A program made the translations under genes and the position numbers. The notes below the pieces were generated by a model. It did no database searches. It was given only the letters and a program-made list of their open reading frames with translations, and was not told the DNA's origin. Below are positions 49,210-57,812 of a stretch of DNA of 64,000 nucleotides, in pieces (within the stretch, counting starts at the first letter, position 1; the number at the start of each line of letters is the position of its first letter). The stretch is from Candidatus Lustribacter sp. (GTDB taxonomy: Bacteria > Vulcanimicrobiota > Vulcanimicrobiia > Vulcanimicrobiales > Vulcanimicrobiaceae), in the NCBI GenBank assembly GCA_965277805.1, contig OZ255842.1, positions 4,544,001-4,608,000 on the forward strand, in the 5' to 3' direction.

Positions 49210-49646
49210 GCTTCGATATCGACCGATTCGAAGAACGCCGCCGCGTGTTCGAGGATGCCGGCCGCGTCACGTGTCCCGCGTGCGGTTATCCGACCATCAC
49301 CGAGCGCACCACCTACGAGATCTGTTCGCTGTGCGCGTGGGAAGACGACGGGCAAGACGACAACCCGCATCGTCCGGAAGGCTATCACGACTATTTCGGT
49401 CCCGACGACGTCGCCGGCGGACCGAATCACGACTACTCGCTGACCGAAGCGCGCGAGAACTTCGCGACGAACCTCACGTCATACCGGCCGGCCGACATCG
49501 ACTTCGAAAGCGAACGCTCGACGACCGCGATCAAACGCGAAATCGTCAAGGCCTACGACCGTGCCGTCAGCGGCCTGATCGATGTCGACAAAGCCGAAGA
49601 AGACGCCCAATATTTCTTCGCCCGCCTCTACGGCATGAACGAATGA
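49206..49646 (+). CDS. CPCC-family cysteine-rich protein
   Basis: CPACGYPT..., YEICSLCAWEDDG and GGPN.DYSL.EAR.NF. ATGA overlap with rocF. Confidence 0.85.
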   Translation: MSFDIDRFEERRRVFEDAGRVTCPACGYPTITERTTYEICSLCAWEDDGQDDNPHRPEGYHDYFGPDDVAGGPNHDYSLTEARENFATNLTSYRPADIDFESERSTTAIKREIVKAYDRAVSGLIDVDKAEEDAQYFFARLYGMNE

Positions 49647-49650
49647 TATG

Positions 49651-50220
49651 TCAGCCCGATAGAGCGGACATCTGACGGGCGCGGGCGGCGAGCATCCTGG
49701 CGTGGGCGCGTCCGAGGAGCGGATCGCGTTTGAACGCGCCTGCGAGGCCGCTTTCGGTTTCGAGCTGCGCGATCAGATCGCGGCCGAACTCTTCGACGCG
49801 CTGGCGGAGTTTGTAGTCGATCTCGCCGAGCTTGTCTTTGCGTTTGCGGATGATATCGTTGACTTCGCGAAATGCTTCGGCCGACTGCACCGCGTTTCGA
49901 TAGAGTTTGTCGATGCCGCGCACGACCCGTTCGGTGGGCGAAGGCGGCATGATCCCGCCGCCCGTGACGCGGCCCGGTGCTTTGACGGCGTACGCTTTCA
50001 GGCTCGCCTGATAAGCATCGTAGCGGTGCTGCGCGAGTTCGGTGAGGTTCGCGATCTCTTCCCGGAGCGAATCCCGGCGCCGGCCGATGGTCTCCATGAA
50101 GCGCTGCTCGACGCCCGAGGTCACCGAGCGAATGTAGCGCGCCCGCGAAGCCTGATATTCGGCGACGCACGATTGGTAAACCGAGTCGGTTACGGGTTCG
50201 CCCGCATCTAGCGCGCTCAC
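49651..50220 (-). CDS. hypothetical alpha-helical/coiled-coil protein (189 aa)
   Basis: RBS GGGGAG before GTG, charged helical sequence and host-like codons. Confidence 0.65.
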   Translation of the reverse strand: MSALDAGEPVTDSVYQSCVAEYQASRARYIRSVTSGVEQRFMETIGRRRDSLREEIANLTELAQHRYDAYQASLKAYAVKAPGRVTGGGIMPPSPTERVVRGIDKLYRNAVQSAEAFREVNDIIRKRKDKLGEIDYKLRQRVEEFGRDLIAQLETESGLAGAFKRDPLLGRAHARMLAARARQMSALSG

Positions 50221-50352
50221 GGCAATGCTCCCCAGAGATGACGATGAGCCCGATCCCTAACGCGCGGGACCAAGCTCCGGAATCCGTAGTGTCCAATAGC
50301 ACACCCTCGGCTTGCTTCCTTTGGCCCTTTGTCGACCGTAGAAGCCCTTAAC

Positions 50353-50866
50353 CTAGGGCATGTACGTGAAGCGGGCTTCTTGCGCGGCGTTCACCGCGGT
50401 CACGCCCGCCGGCACCAAGATCGTATTCGGTACGAAATTGGCCGCGAGGTCGTCGTGCACGGCCACGACCGCATCGCGCGTGACGGTCGTCCCGCTCGGA
50501 GCGATGCGCCGTGCAATCGTGAGCGACAACCCGCTCAAGGCGTTGTTGCAAACGAAGAGTGATAAGCCCTGATCCATCAGTGGCCGCATGAAATCGATCA
50601 TCGTATTTTTCTTGAGCGCCGTCCAATATGCGCGATTGCTGAGGTCGGCCGGCCGCATCTCTTCATCGTTCATCAAACCGACCGGATACCTCGCCCACAT
50701 CGCGTCGTTGAGGGCAAGGTGAATCGAATAGCCCATGTAGAGCACGGCCGCACAGTGGAGGCTGTTGGGCCCGCCGGCCATGCCGTTCGGATCGGCATAC
50801 GCTGTGCGTGAGTTTTTGAAGTGCGACATCGCAACCGTCACCGCGCGAAAAGGTGGATGGTTCCAT
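50353..50866 (-). pseudogene. DsrE-like secreted protein, probably disrupted by an internal deletion/frameshift near 50838
   Basis: The C-terminal frame has LFVCNNAL...LVPAGVTAVNAAQEARFTY (DsrE-like). ATG 50866 with RBS GAGG encodes MEPSTFSRGD in a different frame. A short version starting at ATG 50829 cannot be excluded. Confidence 0.55.
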
Positions 50867-50894
50867 AGAGACCTCGCGGGTTGGGGGGCGGTGA

Positions 50895-51278
50895 TTACGA
50901 GCGAAGTGTGGCGCTGAGTTTCTTCGGCGCGACGAGGCAGTAACTCGTTTCCGTCCACTCGAGCAGCAATTCGGGATGCGTGCGTGCGCCTGCGAGCGGG
51001 ATCGTGACCCAGCCGGCCTTGCCGAGGTTGTACGCCGTGGGTTTCGCGCCGGCCAGAGAGAGCGCGTGATCGTGCGCGCCGCCGACGAGTTTCACCGCGA
51101 TGCTGGGGTCGTCACCCGTTCCTTCGCCCAGGAAGATGAAGATTTTCTTGCGGACCTTCGCGACCCGATCGCCCCACGGAAACTCTTCGTATGCCTCGGG
51201 CAGGCCGAGCGCAAAATCACGCAGCTTCTTCCACACGACGCCGGGTTTGCCGGTAACCACGAGGCCGTGTTTCTCCAT
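50895..51278 (-). CDS. MmcQ/YjbR family protein
   Basis: LPEAYEEFPWG..V.KVRKKIF, YNLGKAGWV and SYCLVAPKKL. Confidence 0.88.
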   Translation of the reverse strand: MEKHGLVVTGKPGVVWKKLRDFALGLPEAYEEFPWGDRVAKVRKKIFIFLGEGTGDDPSIAVKLVGGAHDHALSLAGAKPTAYNLGKAGWVTIPLAGARTHPELLLEWTETSYCLVAPKKLSATLRS

Positions 51279-51360
51279 GTTGGCGCGCGTTCATGGCGGG
51301 GCTTCACTCTTCCGAAGGCCAACCGCTATCCGGTCGGGGTGCCCGACCTTGGAGGATTCA

Positions 51361-52554
51361 ATGACGATGTCGCGTGTTTCCAACTGTCGCCGGTTCATCG
51401 GAATTGCACTGCTGGCCGCTCTCGTTGCCGCGGGCGTCGGGCCGGCTACCGCGGCCGATGAAACGGTCGAACTTCCAACCGTCCTTTCCGTCACCGGTCC
51501 GGCGGCGTTCATCGGAAAGCAAGCGCTGCAATCGGTGCAGCTCATCGCCGGGCTCGTCAACGCGCAAGGCGGTATTCGCGGCAAGATGGTGCACGTGTCG
51601 CTGCAAGACACCACCTCAACGCCCGCGACCGCAGTGCAGTTGTTGAACCAGCTCATCAGCCAGCACGTGCAAGCGACGTTCGGGCCGACGTTCACCGCCG
51701 AATGCAGCGCGCTCATCCCGTTGATTGCGGCCGGTCCGATCGTATCGTGCTTCTCGCCCGGCGTACACCCGGCTGCCGGTTCGTTCATGTTCAGCGCCGG
51801 CGTCGGCAGCGACGCGATGGCGGCGGGAATCGCAACCTACTTCCGCGGTCAGAAGTGGACGCGCATCGCGATCATGAGCTCGACCGATGCGAGCGGACAA
51901 GACTTCGAAGAGAACTTCAACAAGGTCATGGCCGAACCGGTGAACAGCGGATTGAAGCTCGTCGCCCGCGAGCACTTCGCCGTCAGCGATCTCAGCGTGG
52001 CCGCGCAAATCACCCGCATCAAAGCCGCCGACCCGCAAACCGTCATCGTCTGGACGGCCGGCACCGGACTCGGCGTCGCGCTGCACGGCATTCACGACGT
52101 TGGACTGGACGTGCCGGTGATGGCGGGCAACGGCAACATGGTGCACGCGCAGCTCACCGGCTATGACGGCTTCTTGCCGAAAACGCTGCTCTTCCCCGGC
52201 GTGCCCGGCGTTACGCCGCCGGCCTCGGAACCGGCCGGCGTCAAGGCGGCGCAAAGCCAGTATTTTGCCGCGTATGCGAAGACCGGTGCGAAGCCGGATC
52301 TTCCGGGCGCGCTCTCGTGGGATCCGACGAAACTGCTGCTCGATGCATATGCGGCGCTGGGCTGGAACGCCACTTCCGAGCAGCTGCGCGGCTGGATCGT
52401 GTCGCAGCACGCGTGGCCCGGCATCAACGGCGTGTACGACTTCGCGAAGTATCCGCAGCGCGGCATCGGCGTCGAATCGTGCATCATCACGCGTTGGGAT
52501 GCCAACGCGCACGATTTCGTTGCCGTCAGCGGATCCGGCGGAGTCGCACGATAA
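51361..52554 (+). CDS. LivJ-like (type I periplasmic) ABC substrate-binding protein
   Basis: RBS GGAGG, signal peptide, LSVTGPAAFIG, VNAQGGIRG and GINGVYDF. Confidence 0.85.
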   Translation: MTMSRVSNCRRFIGIALLAALVAAGVGPATAADETVELPTVLSVTGPAAFIGKQALQSVQLIAGLVNAQGGIRGKMVHVSLQDTTSTPATAVQLLNQLISQHVQATFGPTFTAECSALIPLIAAGPIVSCFSPGVHPAAGSFMFSAGVGSDAMAAGIATYFRGQKWTRIAIMSSTDASGQDFEENFNKVMAEPVNSGLKLVAREHFAVSDLSVAAQITRIKAADPQTVIVWTAGTGLGVALHGIHDVGLDVPVMAGNGNMVHAQLTGYDGFLPKTLLFPGVPGVTPPASEPAGVKAAQSQYFAAYAKTGAKPDLPGALSWDPTKLLLDAYAALGWNATSEQLRGWIVSQHAWPGINGVYDFAKYPQRGIGVESCIITRWDANAHDFVAVSGSGGVAR

Positions 52555-52562
52555 GCGCGCGC

Positions 52563-53486
52563 ATGCTGCGCGTCGCGCTGTTGACGGCGTGCGCCGTCGT
52601 GTGCGGCCTCGTCGCCCCAGCGCAAGCGCAGACGCCAACGACGATCCGCATAGCGACCACGCCGATCGACTTGGGTGCTGAGGCGCTCTACGCGGCCGAT
52701 CTCGGGTTTTTCAAAAAAGCCGGGCTCGATGTCGAGTTGAATTTGCTGGCGAGCGGGAGCACCGTCGCGGCTTCCGTGGCCGGCGGGTCGATCGACATCG
52801 GGCAGTCCAACATCGTCGCGCTTGCCACCGCGCACGCGGCCGGATTACCGTTCGTCATCGTCGCACCGGCCGGCTATTACACGAGCGCCGGCCCGACGAC
52901 CGAACTCGTCACCGCGGCGAATTCCACGATCAGCGACGCCAAGGATCTCAACGGCAAGATCATCGCGGTGACCGCGCTCAAAGACCTGAACTGGGTCAGC
53001 ATTCAATCGTGGCTGACGCGCGGCGGCGCCGATCTCGCGTCGATCAAGTACGTCGAAGTGCAGCAGCCGACCGCATGCAACATGGTCACGTCGGGCCGCG
53101 CGGCGGCGGCGATCGTGTCGGAGCCGTATCTCAGTTATGCCTTACGCGACGGCGGCTGCAAAGTGCTCGCGCCGACGCACGATGCGATCGCGAAAACGTT
53201 TCTCGTAGGCGCCTGGTTCAGCACGAGCGCGTGGGCCCAGAGCCACGCCGACGCGATCCGCCGCTTTCGCGCGGTGATGGTGGAAACGGCGCGCTGGGCC
53301 GCCACGCACCACACCGAATCGGCCCGTATCCTCGAAAAATACACGCACCTCGCCGCCCCACCCGAAATGAAGCGAGTCCCCTTCGCCGAGCGCGCCGAAC
53401 CCGCGCAAATCCAACCCGTCCTCGACGCAGCCGCGCGCTTTGGTGTAATTGTACCCACGCCGGCGACGGAGCTGCTGTTCCCCTAA
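52563..53486 (+). CDS. NMT1/SsuA-like ABC substrate-binding protein
   Basis: Signal peptide, YAADLGFFKKAGLDVEL, DLNGKIIAV and EPYL. Confidence 0.85.
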   Translation: MLRVALLTACAVVCGLVAPAQAQTPTTIRIATTPIDLGAEALYAADLGFFKKAGLDVELNLLASGSTVAASVAGGSIDIGQSNIVALATAHAAGLPFVIVAPAGYYTSAGPTTELVTAANSTISDAKDLNGKIIAVTALKDLNWVSIQSWLTRGGADLASIKYVEVQQPTACNMVTSGRAAAAIVSEPYLSYALRDGGCKVLAPTHDAIAKTFLVGAWFSTSAWAQSHADAIRRFRAVMVETARWAATHHTESARILEKYTHLAAPPEMKRVPFAERAEPAQIQPVLDAAARFGVIVPTPATELLFP

Positions 53487-53548
53487 CCCCTCGTGACGGA
53501 GTGCTGTACCCCCAACCCCTTTCGCATGATGCCACGCCTTGCCGAGCG

Positions 53549-53725
53549 TTAGTCGTGGCCTAGGTGCCAGCCGTGTTTTTCGCAAGGGTAGGGGCGTAGG
53601 CCGGTGCTGGTGCGCGGGATCGCGCGTTCGGCGAGTTTTTTGGTGGTGAAGGCGGCTTTGGGTTTGCCGTTTTTGTTGTAGCACGTGCGCGTGCCGCCGG
53701 TTTTGCGTTCTTTCGCTTCGGCCAT
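53549..53725 (-). CDS. small basic protein with putative C/H zinc-binding motif (58 aa)
   Basis: MAEAKERK...TCYNK...K..F.T...AERA...RPYPCEKHGWHLGHD. It starts 2 nt after the upstream stop. Confidence 0.65.
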   Translation of the reverse strand: MAEAKERKTGGTRTCYNKNGKPKAAFTTKKLAERAIPRTSTGLRPYPCEKHGWHLGHD

Positions 53726-53727
53726 GG

Positions 53728-55158
53728 TTAGAGGTGGAACGCGTCGGCGCCGCCGGGGTCGGGGAAGACCTTGCCGGGGTTCATGATGCCGTTGGGATCG
53801 ATCGCATCCTTGATGCGGCGCATCAGCGCGATGGCGTCGGCGCCGAGATCGAGTTCCATGAATTGCTTCTTCAGCAAACCGATACCGTGTTCGCCCGAGA
53901 GCGTGCCGCCGAGATCGATCGCGGCTTCGAAGATCTCGCGCGCCGCGCCGGTGACGCGCGTCATCTCTTCGGCGTTGCGCCGGTCGCACAGGATGTTCGG
54001 GTGGAGATTGCCGTCGCCGATGTGACCGAAGAGCGGGATCTCGAGCGCGTACTTCGTTGCGATCGCGCGCACGCGGCGTGCCATCTCCGGGATCGCGCTG
54101 CGCGGTACGGCGATGTCCTCGCCGAGTTTGTTCGGCCGGCGGCGCGCCAGCGACGGCGAGATCGCGCGGCGCGCGCTCCACATCTTCTCGGCCTCGATCG
54201 CGTTGGGCGCGATGCGGATCTCGCGCGCGCCGCCGGCGGTGGCGATTTCGCCGATGCGCGCGGTGTCCTCGATGACGACGCGTTCGTCGTTGCCGTCGGT
54301 GCCGAAGAGCAAGATCGCTTGCGCGTCGAGCGGTAAGCCGATCGGCGTGTTGTCCTCGATGCAGCGCGCCGTGGTGTCGTCGATCAGCTCGATCGACGTC
54401 GGCAGGACGCCCGATGCGAGCACCGCGTTCACGGTGTTCGTCGCATCGTCCATGCGATCGTAAATGGCCATCGCCGTGCGCGCATAGCGCGGCTTGCTCA
54501 ACAGTCGAACCGTGACCTCGGTGATCGTGCCCAACGTGCCTTCGGCGCCGCAGAAGAGCGCCCGCAAGTTATAGCCCGTGACGTTTTTCACCGAGCGTCC
54601 GCCCGTGCGGATCACTGTTCCGTCGGGGAGCACGACCTCGAGCGCGAGCACGTAGTCGACCGTTACGCCGTACTTCAGACACCGTGCGCCGCCGGCGTTT
54701 TCCGCCACGTTGCCGCCGATCGCGCTCTGCTTGAGCGACGAGGGGTCGGGCGGATAAAACAGTCCCTTGCGCTCGACCGCCGCTTGCAGGTTGGCGGTGA
54801 TCACGCCGGCCTGCGCGACGGCGACCCGGTCGATCTCATCGATGGTCACGATCTGGTTGAGGCGCGCGACCCCGAGCACGATGCTGCCCGCCAATGGAAC
54901 CGAGCCGCCCGAAAGCCCGCTGCCCATCGCTCGCGGCGTAATCGCGATTCGTTCCTGGTTGGCGTACCGATGGATGGCGGCGACCTCGGCCGTCGAGCCC
55001 GGCAGCACCACCAACGGCGGGGTATTGGCGAAAAACGTGCCGTCGAAGCCGTAGGCGATCACGTCTTCGCGCTCGGTCAGTACGTTCGCGTCGCCCACGA
55101 TCCCCGCCAGGACGTTACGCAGTGCTGCGACGTTTCCGGGGGACGTTTGGGCGTTCAT
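53728..55158 (-). CDS. FAD-linked oxidase, GlcD/D-lactate dehydrogenase family
   Basis: GSGLSGG, YPPDPSS, IGGNVAENAGG, GAEGTLG, GHIGDGNLH, SGEHGIG and DPNGIMNPGK. Confidence 0.92.
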   Translation of the reverse strand: MNAQTSPGNVAALRNVLAGIVGDANVLTEREDVIAYGFDGTFFANTPPLVVLPGSTAEVAAIHRYANQERIAITPRAMGSGLSGGSVPLAGSIVLGVARLNQIVTIDEIDRVAVAQAGVITANLQAAVERKGLFYPPDPSSLKQSAIGGNVAENAGGARCLKYGVTVDYVLALEVVLPDGTVIRTGGRSVKNVTGYNLRALFCGAEGTLGTITEVTVRLLSKPRYARTAMAIYDRMDDATNTVNAVLASGVLPTSIELIDDTTARCIEDNTPIGLPLDAQAILLFGTDGNDERVVIEDTARIGEIATAGGAREIRIAPNAIEAEKMWSARRAISPSLARRRPNKLGEDIAVPRSAIPEMARRVRAIATKYALEIPLFGHIGDGNLHPNILCDRRNAEEMTRVTGAAREIFEAAIDLGGTLSGEHGIGLLKKQFMELDLGADAIALMRRIKDAIDPNGIMNPGKVFPDPGGADAFHL

Positions 55159-55240
55159 CACGATGTAATATCTCCGGGCGGGGCGCGGGGCCTGCGGGCC
55201 GAAATTTCCCCGGCTTTTCACTTTCTGGAGGATCCCCAAC

Positions 55241-56236
55241 GTGAGTCAAACCCCCGTACGCGTCGCAGTCACCGGAGCGGCCGGTCAGATCGGCTACAGC
55301 CTGCTCTTCCGCATTGCCAGCGGAGCGATGCTCGGTGCGGACCAGCCCATCATCTTGCAGCTGCTCGAAATTCCCGATGAGAAGGTTCAAAAAGCCCTCG
55401 TCGGCGTGATGATGGAGTTGGACGACTGCGCGTTTCCGCTGCTGCACTCGATGGAAGCATCCAGCGATCCGAAGGTCGCCTTCAAGGATGCCGATTTTGC
55501 GCTGCTCGTCGGTTCGCGTCCGCGCGGTCCGGGCATGGAGCGCAACGATCTGCTCACCGCTAACGGCGCAATCTTTACCGCGCAAGGCGCGGCGCTCGAC
55601 GCGGTTGCTAAGCGCGACGTCAAGGTGCTCGTCGTCGGCAATCCGGCCAACACGAACTGCCTGATCGCGATGAAGAGCGCGCCGGGTCTCAGCCCGAAGA
55701 ACTTCACCGCGATGATGCGGCTGGATCACAACCGCACGATCGCGCAAGTCGCGCACAAGGCCGGCGCGGCGAACGCTGCGGTGACGAAGGTTACCGTGTG
55801 GGGCAATCACTCCACGACGCAATATCCGGATATCTCGAACGTCGAGATCGACGGGAAGCCGGCGACCGCGCTGATCAACGACATGACGTGGCGCAACAAC
55901 GAACTCGTGCCGACCGTGCAAAAACGCGGCGCGGCGATCATCGAAGCGCGGGGCCTCTCGTCGGCGGCATCGGCGGCGAATGCGGCGATCGATCACATGC
56001 GCGATTGGGTGAAGGGCACGCCGAAGAACGACTGGATCTCGATGGGGATTCCGTCGGACGGCAGCTACAACATTCCCGAAGGCGTGATGTTCGGCTATCC
56101 GGTGACCACCAGCAACGGCGCGATCTCGATCGTGCAGGGCCTGAAGATCGACGATGCCGGCCGCGCGCGGCTCGACGCCACGCATAAGGAACTGCTCGAA
56201 GAAAAGGCCGCCGTCGCGCACTTGCTGCCGAAGTAA
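55241..56236 (+). CDS. mdh: Malate dehydrogenase (type 2 MDH)
   Basis: [41 protein letters not shown] and [17 protein letters not shown]. Confidence 0.97.
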   Translation: MSQTPVRVAVTGAAGQIGYSLLFRIASGAMLGADQPIILQLLEIPDEKVQKALVGVMMELDDCAFPLLHSMEASSDPKVAFKDADFALLVGSRPRGPGMERNDLLTANGAIFTAQGAALDAVAKRDVKVLVVGNPANTNCLIAMKSAPGLSPKNFTAMMRLDHNRTIAQVAHKAGAANAAVTKVTVWGNHSTTQYPDISNVEIDGKPATALINDMTWRNNELVPTVQKRGAAIIEARGLSSAASAANAAIDHMRDWVKGTPKNDWISMGIPSDGSYNIPEGVMFGYPVTTSNGAISIVQGLKIDDAGRARLDATHKELLEEKAAVAHLLPK

Positions 56237-56239
56237 GGG

Positions 56240-57508
56240 GTGAGCGCATACGAGTTGCTCGCTGCCGCGCAGCAACTCGTGCCCTCGCTCGGCGATCACG
56301 CGCGGATTCCGGGCTCGCTGCCGGATGTGTCCGCGTTCGATGCGGCATGGGCCTTGCTGCAAGAAGCCGTGTCGCTCGATCCGAGCAACGCCGCGGTGCA
56401 TGCGGCACGCGGTAACCTGCTGTTGCGCCGCGGCAAGACCGACGCGGCGCAACGCTCCTACGCGCTGGCGGCGCGATTCGATCCCTACGACGCGCCCTCG
56501 CGCGTCGTGCTGGGCGAACTCGCCTATATGGCGGACGACGAACCGGCCGCGCAAGCATGGTTCGATGCGGCATTCGCGTTACGCCGGCTCTATTCGCCCG
56601 TCACGCTGCCGGGGGCGCGTTCGGCGCTGGTGTTATGCGTCGCCGGACCGTGGCATCGGAACGTGCCGCTGGATTTCGTCGTCGATGCGGAGCAATGGAC
56701 GATGCATCGCTGGTACTTGCCGGATGCGGCGTTCGATCGCGGCGGCGTGGAGCTGCCCGAATACGACGTGGTGGTGAACGCGATCGGTGAGAGCGTCGCG
56801 GCGCAGCCGGCGCTCGAGGCCGCGCAGCGATTCATCGCGGCGCAGGCGAAGCCGTCGATCAACGATCCGCGCAGGATCGCCGGTACGGCGCGCGACCGGC
56901 TCGCAGCAACGCTTGCCGGCATCCCCGGCTGCAGCACGGGTGCGGTGCGGCGTGTGACGCGCGATGCGTTGCTGCAGATCGCGGATGGTTTTCCGCTCGT
57001 GGTGCGGCCGAGCGACGCGCACGGTGGACGCGGCCTCGAGCGCGTTGACGATGCGGCCGCCGTTGCGGCCTATGCGGCGCGCGTACCGGCTGCTACGTAC
57101 GACGTGGGCGCCTTCGTCGACTTCCGCAGTCCGGACGGATTCTACCGGAAGTACCGCGTGATGTTCGTGGGCGGTGTGCCGTTTGCGTATCATCTCGCGC
57201 TCGATGAGTCGTGGATGATCCATTACCACCGGGCCCCAATGGGCGCGCACGAATGGATGCGCGATGAGGAGCGGCGCTTTCTGCAAGCGCCGGGCGACGT
57301 GCTGCCCGGCTGGGAGACGACGCTGCGTGCTGCCGGTGCGGCCGTCGGCCTGGACTATTTCGGCATCGACTGCACGGTGCTGCGCGACGGCTCGCTGTTC
57401 GTGTTCGAGGCCGATGCCGCGATGCTCGTCCACGGGTTCGATCCCGATCCCGACAAGCGAGCCGCCTTCGAGCAGATCCGCGCCGCACTTGCCGCCCTGC
57501 TTGCTTGA
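56240..57508 (+). CDS. TPR-containing protein with C-terminal ATP-grasp-like domain
   Basis: N-terminal TPR helices, then INDP, P...HGG.GL, FVDFRS.DG.YRKYR, W.IHY, GLDYFGID and FEAD. Confidence 0.75.
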   Translation: MSAYELLAAAQQLVPSLGDHARIPGSLPDVSAFDAAWALLQEAVSLDPSNAAVHAARGNLLLRRGKTDAAQRSYALAARFDPYDAPSRVVLGELAYMADDEPAAQAWFDAAFALRRLYSPVTLPGARSALVLCVAGPWHRNVPLDFVVDAEQWTMHRWYLPDAAFDRGGVELPEYDVVVNAIGESVAAQPALEAAQRFIAAQAKPSINDPRRIAGTARDRLAATLAGIPGCSTGAVRRVTRDALLQIADGFPLVVRPSDAHGGRGLERVDDAAAVAAYAARVPAATYDVGAFVDFRSPDGFYRKYRVMFVGGVPFAYHLALDESWMIHYHRAPMGAHEWMRDEERRFLQAPGDVLPGWETTLRAAGAAVGLDYFGIDCTVLRDGSLFVFEADAAMLVHGFDPDPDKRAAFEQIRAALAALLA

Positions 57509-57546
57509 GCGCAACCTTTTGGTCCGGCCTGCGGCTATACGGACGT

Positions 57547-57807
57547 ATGGGACGCAAGACGAATATCGTGCTCTATCAGGCGGAGTGGTGCCCCTACTGC
57601 GTGCGCGTGCGGAAAAAGCTCACCGACCTGTTGCTGGATTATTCGATCGTCAACGAGCCGCATTCGCATGCCGAACGCACCGCGACGAAGGCGGCTTCGG
57701 GGCAGACGAGCATTCCCGTGCTCGTTGACGGCGACGTCGTGCTCGACGACGACGACGATATCATTCCCTATCTCGAAAAAACGTACGGCGCCGGCGTCCC
57801 AACGTAG
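57547..57807 (+). CDS. Glutaredoxin-like protein
   Basis: LYQAEWCPYC, SGQTSIPVLVD and II.YLEK.Y. Confidence 0.9.
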   Translation: MGRKTNIVLYQAEWCPYCVRVRKKLTDLLLDYSIVNEPHSHAERTATKAASGQTSIPVLVDGDVVLDDDDDIIPYLEKTYGAGVPT

Positions 57808-57812
57808 GACGT

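Noticed and set aside
57510..57546. GCAACC-N15-CGGCTA ECF-like promoter before the glutaredoxin
   Set aside because: It is a single weak match with no second instance to support it.
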